DNA of 64,000 nt from NCBI RefSeq assembly GCF_009914755.1, contig NC_060943.1; one strand, given 5' to 3'. Below are positions 32,936-54,460 of the stretch, one piece after another (within the stretch, counting starts at the first letter, position 1; each line of letters begins with the position of its first letter). Position numbers and translations under genes: made by a program. The DNA is from the human T2T-CHM13v2.0 reference genome, Homo sapiens. The notes beneath the pieces were generated by a model, which was not told where the DNA came from, searched no databases, and saw only the letters and a program-made list of their open reading frames with translations.

Positions 32936-33734
32936 AACCAACCAATGCATTTTTTTATGGTAAAATATTATTGAAAAAAATATTCTCAAAGTATCAGCAA
33001 AATGATTACCACTCTTTATCTCTTGTGATGGTTTCTGGTGAGAGAAAAGCAAGGGGAAAGAATACTAGAATGTTGAATTCTGTGTTTTATTTTCTTCATA
33101 AAGCATGTGCTATGTTTTGGAAATACCACAGTAAGTAAAAGGAGCTCATCCTTTCGAACTTGGGACACAAAATAAACTCCTTTCATTCCATGACCCTGGC
33201 ACCTCTTGTCCCCACAGCATCTAGTATCCCCCATATGCTTAGCTCCTTGCACGCTTTTCCCCTGTGCACTCTTAAAACCTGCAGCGTACTCTACTGTCTG
33301 AAAATTAACCTCCTTGTGCCTTTAAGCCTCTGTGCTCTGTCTCCTGTTCAGTATCAGTTCCCTGCATTTACAGGCACTCTGTCTCAACGGCATCCTTTCC
33401 ATGAGCCCGCAGATTTACCCTATGTCACAAACCCGTGCAATGTCACACTCTCTGTCACACACTCATGCAATGTCAGACCCTCTGTCACACACCCAGGCAA
33501 TGTCGACCCCAATTCTCCAGCTTTTCTACTTAATGCCTTGGGCCAAATTAGCAACGTGCACATCATTTTATACGTTGCACATGGTGACGTCATCATCATG
33601 AGTGGTGCAAAGTGGAAAGAAGTATACAGGCTGAATCACAATAGAGCCATGACCGCCGCTATTCTCCAGATAGGAACCTGGTGTCAAGATACAAATACGT
33701 GTGCTGACGCTGCGAGTGTGGTGTTTAAAGGTGA

Positions 33735-33968
33735 GTGGGACTGTGTGAGTCTGTGTGAGTGCAGGGCATAGTGAGTGTGTTTGAATATGACTGTGGGTTT
33801 GTGGTGGGTGTGTGGATGGGTGTGAGCCTGTGGTGGAATGTGTATGTGAGGGCGAGTGTCTAGCTGTGTATGTACGTGATGTTCCTTTGATTTGTGCTGC
33901 TGTGCATGTACGTATGTGTTTGCATCTGTGTGTGTACATCTGTATGTGAATATATGTGTGTGTGTGTA
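33735..33968. repeat. Degenerate (TG)n repeat
   Basis: Direct inspection. Confidence 0.85.
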
Positions 33969-36623
33969 TTATAGAGGTTGTTCATCTTATGGCTCTAATC
34001 CCTGATGTGGAAATTGAGAAGCATTGAATGCCAGACAAGAATAAAATGGACTCTTCTTTGTAGGAAAAAAGAAAGCATTAATTTGAGCTCATATTTCATA
34101 TTTCTTATTTTATTACAAAAACAACCAGTGATCATTGCTGAAAACTTAGCAAAAAACAAGTGCAGAGGACTGTGGCAACCATCCAATGCTCTTGAATCGA
34201 GTAAGCAGCATTTGCTTCCCTGGATTGATCAAGAAGTGACTTTTTAGCCACCTGATCCACATCATCTAGATTCCAAATTAATTGGCATTGAGCCGTTGGC
34301 ATCCTGTTTGTCCTTTTACTTGTATCCCTTTGAAAATCCTTCTCAGGCCCTCTGTCTGGGTTCATTTCTCTGCACATAACCTAATGATGCTGCAGCTGAG
34401 TGGCGTGAAGATTAGGAAAGAGCTCGCTTTGGGGCAGAACCTCCCAGCAAAGCAGAGTATCCGGGGACACTCGTCCCTCACTGTGAGTGTGTCACAGGTC
34501 AGAACTCAGCGTTTCCTGCTCCCTCCATGTAAGACTGTGTCTCTCCAGGGAATGGAGACGAAAGAGCCTCTCCCAAACACTCCTCATAGTCTCTGAAGAG
34601 ATGCTGGCCAGAAACTTGTCATTGCTTTTGGTGATTAGCAATTGGGAAGAAAAGTTGTTCTGAAACGTTCTCAGCTCCCCAAGGCTGCACTGTCGTTGCC
34701 ACTGCAGGTGAAAAGATAATTGCAGTTCTGAGGGGAGGTGAGGTCACAGAACCACAAAACCATATCTCAAGGTCTGGCTGCTTCCCTCCCACACGATCCT
34801 GGCTGTGGCAACCTTCGCACTGAGCCCACCGTCTTAGCAGCAAGATGGAGCTGGGGAGAAAGTCTCTTTCGGTCTGTAGGGAAGGGTGCTTCCCAGGAGC
34901 CAGGGTAAGTTATCCTATTATAATAAGAAATTGTTCTAGATTGAAAACTGGTCTAGTTCCCAAGTCACAGAAAAAAGAGGAATAGTTCGGAGCCATGAGC
35001 TGAGCTAGCAAACCGAAATGGGGTCCTAGCCCCACACCAATCCCTGGGGGGTCCTGACGTGATTTAGGAGAATCCACACTGACCCGCATTGTTGGTGTTT
35101 CACCCAATCATAGTGAAACTTGACTACGTTCTTAAGGATTAACATTCTTAAATCAATCTGTCGTAATAATGAAAGCTGGTTGCATTCTTAAGGACTGTGG
35201 TACTAAAATCAATCTGCTGTTCCGCCTACCCAACAGGAATCATAGACTAAAATTTCAGGATTGCTGAGGACGTGACTATAATATCACCATGCTTGTAATG
35301 AGTAGACTGACTCTACAGGAGTCATGTAATTCCTTACACAAACAGTGTATCTAAATGGTAGTTGCTGGAACGAAAATGTTTTCTCTAATTCTGAGAGTGT
35401 GCAGGGCTTAATGGGAGCATTAATTGTGTCTCCACTGAAAACCACCATAGTCTGTTGATTATGGTGAGACTGTCTTTCCTCTTGATGTTAAGGAGGCAGA
35501 ATTTAAGGAAAAGGTAACTTTATAATAACGAGCTAAAGAGAGCAGCTGTCAGACTCAAATGTGTCCTCTAATGTGTTCTCTGCTTCAAATAGATTCTAAC
35601 ATCACCCAAACTCTCTAATTTCTGTTTATCAACTATATAACACACATCCATTAGAGTTTCCAATTTTCATGTTTGTCACACTTTAATTTAATTATGCAAA
35701 TATTGTCCTAAGGATAATAATTTCTTTAACTCAGTTACTAATGGCTCTAGATATGTCATCTAAGATTTGTAAGAATTTGGTTATTACCGTACACTATTTT
35801 ATCCCATATTGGTGTTTCATGTCCTATTGTTTTGGGTAAGACATGATTGTGGTAGGTGCCTTTATGCCTTTGTCCTTGGCACAAAAGCAAATGCTCACAA
35901 TGTTTTTTACTCTCTTTCCATTCTAATATTGATCCGTGCTTGCAGTCATTAAATCCAATTTGTTATGGCACAGGTTTCTATAGTGTTAAACTGTAATTCA
36001 TTCATCTACATTTTTTAAGATCTCTAAACCTTTATTTATTCAGATATTGACAAATAGAATAAATTTTTGCACATGATATAAAATCATTACAATATACAGT
36101 AACCTACTACAAGACTAAAATATAATGACAAGGAATAAAAACAAAGGTCTCTGTATGTGTGTGTCTTATTCAAAGAACACAGCTATCTAGCTTTGTTAGT
36201 AAACTATAATGGCTAAATGCACTCTCTGTGCAAAAAAACAAGGCAGGTTCAAGTTCGTGCTTGCCTGTAAGTAGGGTGGAAATGTCACTAGCCACTTCAC
36301 CTCTCTGTGTCTATGTCCTTCTCATATTTACAATGAAAGTAATAGTAATGCCTGCCTCATAGGTTTGTGAAAAAAGAAGTTGCCGCACGTATGATCTGCA
36401 CAGCAGTGATTCCCACATGGGAAGTGCTCTTTAAAGGTTACGCATTCAACTCTCAAAAGCCTCTTAAGAGAAGAGTGACTTTAAGTATTTCTAAGGGCAG
36501 AGCAATGGGAGGTGGAGAATGCTGGGTTGCAGGTGACACTATAAACGTAGCTCATGCCTCCTATTTCCATGCAGGACCTCCCAGCCCTGAAGACAAACAT
36601 CAGTGACAGACATCAGTGGCAGA

Positions 36624-37530
36624 ATGGCCTCCCGGTATGTGGCAGTGGGAATGATCTTCTTATCACAGACCGTGGTGGGAGTCCTGGGGAGCTTCTCTCT
36701 TCTTCTCCATTATCTCTCCCTTTACTGCACTGGGTACAGGTTAAGGTCCACAGATTTGATTGTTAAGCACCTGATTGTAGCCAACTTCTTAGCTCTCCGC
36801 TGTAAAGGAGTCCCCCAGACAATGGCAGCTTTTGGGGTTAGATATTTTCTTAATGCTCTTGGGTGCAAACTTGTTTTCTATCTCCATAGAGTGGGCAGGG
36901 GAGTGTCCATTGGCACCACCTGCCTCTTGAGTGTCTTCCAGGTGATCACGGTCAGCTCCAGGAAATCCAGGTGGGAAAACTTAAAGAGAAAGCCCCCAAG
37001 CATGTTGGCTTTTCTGTTCTCCTGTGCTGGATCGTGTGCATGTTGGTAAACATCATCTTTCCCATGTATGTGACTGGCAAATGGAACTACACAAACATCA
37101 CAGTGAACGAGGATTTGGGATACTGTTCTGGGGGAGGCAACAACAAAATCGCACAGACACTGCGTGCAATGTTGTTATCATTCCCTGATGTGTTGTGTCT
37201 GGGGCTCATGCTCTGGGTCAGCAGCTCCATGGTTTGCATCCTGCACAGGCACAAGCAGCGGGTCCAGCACATTGATAGGAGCGATCTCTCCCCCAGAGCC
37301 TCCCCAGAGAACAGAGCTACGCAGAGCATCCTCATCCTGGTGAGCACCTTTGTGTCTTCTTACACTCTCTCCTGCCTTTTCCAAGTTTGATGGCTCTTTT
37401 GGATAATCCCAATAGTTTACTGGTGAACACTTCAGCCTTAATGAGTGTATGTTTCCCAACTCTCAGTCCCTTTGTTCTCATGAGCTGTGACCCCAGTGTA
37501 TACAGGCTTTGCTTTGCTTGGAAAAGATGA
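36624..37530 (+). pseudogene. VN1R6P: Vomeronasal type-1 receptor pseudogene, VN1R4-like, two frameshifts
   Basis: MASRYVAVGMI...TDLIVKHLIVAN...GCKLVFYLHRVGRGVSIGTTCLLSVFQVIT...HRHKQRVQHI...PENRATQSILILVS. One-base deletions at ~36976 and ~37389; terminal AWKR* at 37530; splice acceptor ending at 36574. The symbol is from recalled locus order. Confidence 0.88.
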
Positions 37531-37737
37531 CAAGATCCCCTAAACTGATCATAAACATGTGAAAACATGTAAGTTGTATATATTTGCTCATTGTTTAATT
37601 GATGATTCCCTCTTCCCTGCAGTAATGTACACATGATTATGAACCTGTCACAATCATGAGAAGGTGATGAACAAGACAGGGTGAACTTCCATCCCAATGG
37701 TAAACAATATCTAGTAAGAACAATTATAAATGAAACG

Positions 37738-37936
37738 ATGAAATTATTATGTAAATACTCATATTATTAAAGCTTTATTAATACCTGCAGTAGAGTCATT
37801 AGAGGTCCATGCAATTTAAATTAGGTCATGAATCATGATGAAATTATTATGTAAATACTCATTATTACAGTTTTATTAATGTCTGCAGTGGAGTCGTTAG
37901 ACATCTATGCAATTAAAAAAAATTAGGTCCTGAATC
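37738..37936 (+). repeat. Two-copy tandem duplication of ~100 bp
   Basis: atgaaattattatgtaaatactcat...aaattaggtc(a/c)tgaatc occurs twice. Confidence 0.9.
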
Positions 37937-38346
37937 AAACTGGAAATTATGGGGATCTTTTTGAGTGTGCAACCTTCAGTCTGATATAATAAATCTATGC
38001 AGAAATTAAGTAAGCATGAGATTGCTGAAGAAAGTTACATGGGGAAGTAGCAATGTGTGAGGTGATCATTCAAGAAACTGAAGAAGGAAATGTTCTCCGG
38101 TAGTGATGACGTAGCATGGAGATAAGGTTTTGGTCAATACCAGAACTGGGGACCAAGTTATAAAATCAGACAGATAGTAGTCATTTAAAATATGATTATA
38201 TGGAAGGAAATTAGTATAGCATATTTAAATCACTTACATATATAAACAGTTAGACTGATCGACAGTAAGACAAAGGAGAGTACAAAAAATATATTTATGC
38301 CAAAATAAAAACATCAGGTGAGTGCTGTCTATTAAAAAACCAATGC

Positions 38347-38662
<316 letters not shown>

Positions 38663-38951
38663 GCAGATGTTCAGGATCTAAATCAGTAGAGGGTAATTTT
38701 TTTTTCTTTATCATGTGACGATGCCAATTGATCATGTTAGAAAGAAAGAGATTTTGGGGTGGGTGTTCTCATATCCCTAAGGCGAGCAAGCAAGCACAAC
38801 CACTCATTTTATTAAAATTTACTTGAAATAACAGAGAACTAAACAAACAAAAGAATTAACAATGAAATATCTTATAAATACAAGCATTTATTTTAAATAG
38901 ATGACAACTTATCTTAGATCACAAAAAAGAATAGAAACAAAGAAAAACTGA

Positions 38952-39337
<386 letters not shown>

Positions 39338-39339
39338 TT

Positions 39340-39809
39340 GCCTCACTCTTAACAGCTTGCTGTAGGTATTACTGTTTTTGATAGACTTGGCCCTTGGGTT
39401 TCATGCTAGAGTTATGAGTGGACTGCAAGGCACAATTACAGTATTAGAGTATTCTGGGCTTCCTTTTATACTTCATTTTACCAGTGGGTGTTGTGCCTTC
39501 AATTTTTGTGTGTGTGCCAATTGGTGTTTAGTTCATGTTGAATAACTCCTTGTAGCATTTCTTGTCCGCTGGATCTGATGGTGATGAATGCTGTCAACTT
39601 TTGTTTGTCCGGGAAAGACAGTTTCCTCTTCCTATTTGAAGGGTAGCTTTGCTGTATAATATTTTTGGATGGCAGCTTTTTTTTTTCTTTCAGCACTTTG
39701 AAAATGTTGCCCCACTTCCTCTTGGTCTGTACAGTTTTTGTTGAAAAGTCTGTTGTGAGATAATTTGGAGCGCCCTTGAGTGTTATTTGCCTCTTTTCTC
39801 TTGCAGGAT

Positions 39810-39810
<1 letters not shown>
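39340..39810 (-). mobile_element. L1 fragment (ORF1 C-terminal region)
   Basis: Peptide KRQITLKGAPNYLTTDFSTKTVQTKRKWGNIFKVLKEK resembles ORF1p. Confidence 0.8.
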
Positions 39811-42900
<3,090 letters not shown>

Positions 42901-42964
42901 GAATAACATATAGACAGGAAAAAGTATAAACATAAAGACAAACAAAAACAAAGACTTTATAGTT

Positions 42965-44440
42965 TTTAAAAATTTATTTTGTTCTTACATTATATTTGTA
43001 CATATTTATGGGATATGTGTGAAATGCTGTTACATGCATAGATTGTGTAATGATCAAATCGGAATATTCAGAGTATCCATCACCTGAGTATTTATCATTT
43101 CTATGGGCTGGGAACATTTCAAGTCTTCTCTAGCTATTTTGAAATATACAAGAGTGTTGTTAACGATAGCCACTATACTCTGCTATGAAACCTTAGAACT
43201 TATTCCTTCTGTCTAACGGTGTGGTTGTTCCCATTAACCAACCTCTCTTCATCCCCCACGCCGACACACACCCTTTCCAGTCTCATGTCTATCATTTCAC
43301 TCTCTACCTCCTTGTGAACAACTTTTTTAGCTCCCACATATGAGTGAGAACATGGGATATTTGTCTTTCTGTCTGGCTTATTTCAATTAACAGAATGACC
43401 TCCAGTTCCATTCTCTCTTTGTCTCAAAGAGACAAAGTTTCTTTGTAATACGTCATATGTCATATATAGCATATGACAGTTTGACTATCATATGCTATAT
43501 AGATGATCTTTGTGGCTTATACCTATATGGAAATCTCTAAGCCTCCTGTATTTCAATGTCTAATTCTCTTGCTAGACTTGGAAAGTTTTCAGCTATTATT
43601 TTGTTAGTGTTTTTATGCCTTTGACCTTCTCATTTTCTAGAATACTCAAAATTTGAAATACTTAGTCTCTTTATGGTGTCCTATATGTCACATAGGTTTT
43701 TTCATTCTTATTTTTTTTCTCTCTCTCTCTCTCTTATCTGGGTTATTTCAAAAGACTTCTGCTTGGTCTAGTCTATTGCTGTGCCTCTCAAGTGTATTTT
43801 TTATTTTGTGTATTGAATTCTTCAGTTCCAGAACTTTGCTTTAGTTCTTTTTTATAAAATCTATCTCTTTGATGAATTTCTCATTCACAGTTTGAACTGT
43901 TTTTCTGATTTTTTTTTGTTGTTTATCTGCATTCTCTTTTACCTCACTGAAATTTCTTAATATGATAATTTTGAAATCTTTTTCTGGCATTTCATGAATT
44001 TATTTTTATTGGAATTTGCTGTTGGAGAATTATTCTGATCCTTTGTCAAACTGCCTTGGTTGTTCACGTTTCTGGTGTCTTTATGTAGATATCCATGCAG
44101 CTGGTGTAACAATCACTCCTTTCAATTTTTCATTGACTTTCGTAGAGGAAGACTTTTTCCTGAAGATGTTTCTATGATGATAACTGGGAAGGATACTTTA
44201 GCTTTGCACAGACCATGGTGAGGCTTTCCTAGGAATAAGAACGGCAGCTGGGCCAGCCTTAGGCCTCTGTGGTAGCAGCAGCGAGCCATGCATGCTTTCC
44301 TTGGGCCCTTAAGAGGCATATGCAGGCACCAATGTTAGTGAGTCCAGGTGGACCAATTCTCAGGCCTTCAGGCAGCTTGCTCAGATGCCGGCAGTGGCAG
44401 TGGTAAGCCAGATGGGTAAGTAGAACTTTGAGCTTCCAGG
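42965..44440 (-). mobile_element. L1M fragments (3' end ~42965-43415 and an older 5' region)
   Basis: tttagctcccacatatgagtgagaacatg...tggcttatttca. Confidence 0.75.
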
Positions 44441-44909
44441 CAGCTGTAAAATCAGTAACCTAAGATTGCACCTTATGGAACTGGGAAAAGAAGACCAAAC
44501 TAATCTCATAGCTAGCAGAAGGGTGGAAATAAATATTAGAAGAGAGATAAATAGACAACAGAAAAACAGTAGAGGAAAACAATGAAATAAAAATGTCATT
44601 CTTTAAAAGATCAGCTAAACATTAATAAATCTCTAGCTAGACTGACTAAAAAATAAAAAATAAGAGAAACATGCAGATAACCCAAATCAGAAATGAAAAT
44701 GGGAACATTCTACTTACTTTTAAAGATTATTAAGAATAAAGATAAATTTAGCAATTGAAGTAGAAAGTGGTTAAAAAGATCATAAAAGACTGTTATGAAC
44801 AATTGTACAACAAGTTAGATAACCTGGATTAAATGAATAAATTTCTAGAAACACAACTAGCAAACGTGACTCAGAAGAAATACTAATTCTGAATAGACCT
44901 ATTCTACTA

Positions 44910-47305
<2,396 letters not shown>

Positions 47306-48992
47306 TCTATAACAAGAAAAGAGAGGGAATAATTTTAAAACTACTCACAAAGAAAAGGGCGGGATCAGATATCTTCCTTGATGATGTCTATCAAACATTT
47401 AAAGAAGAGTTAACACCAATCTTTCCCCAACTCTCCCAAAAAGTAGAAGGGGGAAACATTTCTTAATTTATCCTATGAAGCCAGCATTACCTTTTTTATC
47501 AAAGCCAGACAATGAAATAACAAGAAAGGCAAACCACGGGCCAATAGCCCTCACGCATACAGGTGCAAAAATCCTCAGCAGCATACAAGCAAATCCTATG
47601 CAGTGGCTTACCAAAAGGATTATACACCATGAACAAGTGAGATTTATCCCAGGAAAACAGGAATGCTTCAACATATGAAAATGAATTATAATGCACCACA
47701 TTAATAAGATGAAGCAAACCACATGGTCATTTCAGTTGATGCAGAAAAAGCATTTTACAATATTTTACAGCCTTTCATGATTAAAAAAACACTCAACAAA
47801 CTGGGAATATAAGAGACTTCTTCAACATGATAAAGAGCACTTATGAAAAACCCACACCTAGCATTATACTCAAGGGTGAAAGACTGAAAACTTACCCCCT
47901 AAGATCACAAGACAAGCCCAGTTTTGACAGTTCTATTCAACACTGTATTAGAAATTCTAGCCAAAGAAATTAGACAAGAAAAAAATTTCAAATTTGAAAA
48001 AAGATGAAATCTATCTTTATTAGCAGATGGATATAGAAAATCCTAAAGAATCCACACACAACAAACTATTAAAGCTAAAGAATAAATTCAGCAAAGTTGC
48101 TGATACAAGATGGGCACACAAAAATCAGTTGTATTTCTGTGCTAGCAATGAACAATCTAAAGAGGAAATTAAGAAAACAACTTTATAATAGCATAAAAAT
48201 TATAAAGTACATAATAATAAACTTAACCAAGAAAATTGCAAGACTTATACATAGAAAACTACAAAACATTGCCCTAACCTCCCTCAGTTACCTTGTGATT
48301 CTGTGTGTTGTGTTGGGACAAATGGGGAGGTGACAGAGAGAGGCCAATATTGTGTAACCATGTAACCAGCACTGACATTTCCTCAAGAATATTCCCCCAA
48401 AGATAAGCCTTTGAACTGCATAGTTGCTGTGGGTGGTGTCTGCACATTCTTTATTGGGATAATGTGTGCTCTTAAGCCAGGGACCCCAATACCCCTCTTT
48501 AGTTGTGCCCAGAGACCCATCCCTAGGAAACCCTCCCCCAGTGAAAACTACCAGTTTCCTGAGTCTTAGCCCCTCACTCTTTACCTTCTTTCTGGACTCA
48601 CACAATCCTGGAAGCTCCATGGGGTCCAATTCACTCTTGAGAGCCCATAATGATTCCCCCATTCTGCTATGAAATCCCACAGCACATTGCAAGCCCTAAT
48701 AACATATCTATTCATGTTGTAATGACATACATAAATTGACCCATGGACCCAATGATCCAGGAGCCCATATTTCCACTTACAACACCCTCTCCCAAAGTCA
48801 TACACCTCTGTAATATCCTAATCAAAGAGATATTTCTATGATGGTAAAGTAATTTGAAAGTAATTTAGAAATTATAAAGAAAAATCGAATGAATTCAGGA
48901 TCCAAGTTAAATTTGTGAATATAGGAATGGAATATAGGCTGCTGGGGAATAGCAATTTCTGGTGGGGAATTGAGACCGCAACACACCACAGT

Positions 48993-49346
48993 TGTTACCA
49001 GTGGAGGGTGTCCAGGTTCTTCGTGTCTTGAACAAAGAATTGGACAAAATGCATAAATTAAGGAAGGAATAAATGGATTTATTGAAAATGAAAGTACACT
49101 CCACAGTGTGGGAGCTGGCCCAAGCATAGGGTCTCAAGGGCCCCGTTACAGAATTTTCAGGAGTTAAATACCATCTAGAGGATTCCAGTGGTTACTTGGT
49201 GCATGCCCTATGTAAATAAAAAGGATGAAGTAAAGTTACAAAGTCATTTACTCGGTGTACGCCCTATGGAGGGGCTATTTCCTGTCATAGCTGAAGTGTG
49301 AAGTGGCCTTATGTTTCATGCCTCCAGATCCTATTTGCCTGCCTCA
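48993..49346 (-). mobile_element. ERV1 solo LTR (MER61/MER51-like)
   Basis: TG...CA; the minus strand starts tgaggcaggcaaataggatctggaggc; near-TSD cagt/cagc. Confidence 0.75.
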
Positions 49347-49711
49347 CAGCTAACATATGTGATTCGGGACAGAAGAAACTCATAGTGTCACAGGACAGGA
49401 GTCTGTCATCTCCCGAGACCCAGGGGACTCCTGAAGACAACGACCTCGTGTGAAGGGGAGTTCTAGGGAGAGGCAGATGCTGACCCAGGGAGGACTTCAG
49501 GATAGGGACTTTCAGGGAAGCAGTAAGGCCTGCAGAATCCCAGGCCCAGGAAGAAGATGCAGCATTCAGGGCTGCACTTGAGAGGCCTAAAACGGTGAGG
49601 GAGGCAGAGCTCAAGAGCTTGACTCTATCTCCTGAGTCAGGGATTTATAGGGAATAAGGCAGGGGAGGGAAGACAGTGAAGGGACTGAAGTAGGAAAATG
49701 ACTCAGCAGTG

Positions 49712-50362
49712 TGAAGAGGCTTAATTCTCCCTGTTGAAAACGAGATGCCCTACCGTCCTTTTTCTTAGAACATTTACTTTAGAAAACTTGTAAGCACTTC
49801 TCTCTTAGACATGCATTTGAATGCCTCCGAAAACTGGGTCGTTCTTTTGCCAGCTTTATGACCCAGTGATGTCTTTCTAAAGAACCTGGGAAACTTCTCT
49901 TTGAAATGTAAACATTAAGGAAAATAGCACCCCATCCCCTAGTTTCTGTGGGAGTGTAGGAGCCTCGCATCAGGCTCTTGGAGCCTTAATCCAAGCTGCA
50001 AAACGACTTCTTGTCATAAAGTGTATGAAGTTTGTGTTTCCTCTGGATAAAGCCAATTACCTATAACAGATGGTCACCCCAACTACCAGGTGAATCTAGG
50101 ATGATCTATGTGTGACCAATGGGGCAGTCAAGTCCTCTTACTTGAGAACTAGCTATTATTTGCCTTGAAGACAAGTATGTTCTACTTGGCTACATAAAAG
50201 TGCGAGATTTCTTTGCGTCTTTGCAATGGCTTAGTGGCTTGCCTGTGACGCACATCACATTTGGGTTTAATGCTTTTTCAAACTATTTTCTTTCTCTACC
50301 ATCTTTGCAGAGAGGTTTTCTACACTGGGAAAAGATTTTGTTTTTAATTGTGTCTCTCCAAC
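49712..50362 (+). mobile_element. ERV1-type LTR, family uncertain
   Basis: tgaagagg...tctccaaca with LTR-like content. Confidence 0.55.
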
Positions 50363-50539
50363 AGCAGGCAGTGTCTACAGAGCTTCGAGGCACAAACGTC
50401 GTTTCAAGGACCTAGCCTGAGGACGACTTTAAGGGGATACAGATGCGCAGGGGAGCAACTGGATTCCCAGCGTCTCATAATGACGCCGGGACTCTCAAGA
50501 GAGGAATGGGTGTGCAGATTTTAAAGTCTAGAGGATCCC

Positions 50540-50830
50540 GGACATCGGTGCGGAACACTGTAGAATAGGAGTGCAAGTTTGAAAGAGGAAGACGGAAACC
50601 CTTCTCACTGACGCGTGACCTCTCCATCCGCTTCCGGGTCTGCGGGCAATCCCTCTCATGGCAGGGCGGGGTCGCAGCGTCCTGGACCAGCGCCTAGACC
50701 CTGGCTGGTCTCGCAATGGAGAGGGCTGGATCCGAGGTGGGAGCCGAGATAGGGGCGGGTCTGGGAAAGGGGCGGAGCCTGGCCTTCCTAGTTTCGCCCC
50801 GCCCCAGGAAGTTTCCCGGTCTGTGGGTTA
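50540..50830 (-). promoter_or_regulatory. CpG-rich KZNF-type promoter remnant facing left
   Basis: Minus-strand cgcagacccggaagcggat matches the ZNF845 start cgcaaacccggaagcggat; four GC boxes at 50663-50805. Confidence 0.6.
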
Positions 50831-50915
50831 TTTTTCTGCCCAACTACATGATGGTCCTCATTTGCAGCCATTTGAATCTCTGTGATGTCTTCCTTTTTCT
50901 ACATAGACACGGTAA

Positions 50916-52100
<1,185 letters not shown>

Positions 52101-52112
52101 AAAAAAAGTCAT

Positions 52113-52426
52113 GCCTCTTCTCCTCCTCTTTCCGTCATCGTGGTGTGTGCTTGACTCCGCTTCTTGCCATGTCTTCTCACAAGACTTTCAGGATTAAGCG
52201 AGTCCTGGCCAAGAAAAGCAAAATTGTCCCATTTCCCAGTGGACTTGCATGAAAACTGGCAATAAGGTCACAATCATGTTACCATATCAAGCTGAAAGTG
52301 TCACCACTACCTGGAGAGTTGGACATGTTTTATTGGGAATATATTTTTTAATCTCTGAATCTGTTATGAATGCATTGGTTGGCTGGGTTCAATAATAAAT
52401 ATGTAAACATTTCATTTCAAAAAAAA
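52113..52426 (+). pseudogene. RPL39 processed pseudogene with an internal deletion
   Basis: Pyrimidine-rich leader, ATG at 52169 (MSSHKTFRIKRVLAKK), frameshift, missing C-terminal CDS, AATAAA and A-tail; TSD-like aaaaaa(a/t)gtca. Confidence 0.92.
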
Positions 52427-52589
52427 TGTCAAATGAAGTAATTCGATAGAGTACCTTGATCTTTGTTTTGTTTTTTTGAGCTGGAGACTCCACTATGTTC
52501 AGTGGATCACACCTGTGGTCCACGCACCTTGGGAGGCTGAGGTGGGAGGATTGCTTGAGACCGAGACTCCTGGTAATCTTCTCGTCTCT

Positions 52590-52876
52590 TCTAACCCAGT
52601 TTATGACAGACCCTTGGACTTTACTTTGTTATCCACCTGTGACCCGGAAGCCCCCCAATTCCAGTTATTGCACCTTTCCAGACCAAACCAATATATATCT
52701 TACATGTTTTGATTGATGTATTATGTCTCCCTGAAATGTGTAAAACCAAACTGCAGCCTAAACACTTTGGGCACACGTCATCAGGACCTCCTGAGGCTGT
52801 GTCACGGGGGCATTTTTAACCTTGGCAAAATAGATTTCTAAATTGAGTGAGACCCAGTAGATACTTTTGGTTCACG
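52590..52876 (+). mobile_element. MER4-type LTR, 3' portion
   Basis: tgattgatgtattatgtctccctgaaatgtgtaaaacc...ggacctcctgaggctgtgtcacggg. Confidence 0.75.
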
Positions 52877-53256
52877 AGCTCATGAACACAGAAAAAATCA
52901 AGAGAAAAAAATCTAGAGAGAATAGGAAAAAAACTAGATGTAATGGAAAGCACAAAATCAGGTCCAAAATCTGAACTCTTTCATATGTACTCAACATAAG
53001 GAAATGCTCTTCAACTTTGTGTGAAAGATAGATTACGAACATTTGATTAAAATAAAAACCCATTCTATGTGATTTTAGCCAATTTAACCCTGCAAATAAT
53101 GATCAATTATATACATACATAAAACTTCCTAATATTTCACTTAGTGTTGCTATTTCTATGTTCTTGGGGCAGAAGCTCAGCCTGTCAGATACATTACAAG
53201 ACAGTGGTGTCTCCATAATTGTGCTTAGGACTCTGTGTTGCATGAGTGGACAAACT

Positions 53257-54460
<1,204 letters not shown>

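Noticed and set aside
33425-33505. Three short direct repeats (tgtcacacac...gcaatgtc) superficially like a repeat array
   Set aside because: A degenerate ~30-bp minisatellite in eukaryotic DNA with no unique spacers; not CRISPR.
33160-33939. 203-aa and 123-aa ORFs
   Set aside because: Low-complexity or TG-repeat-associated, no motif, no splice support.
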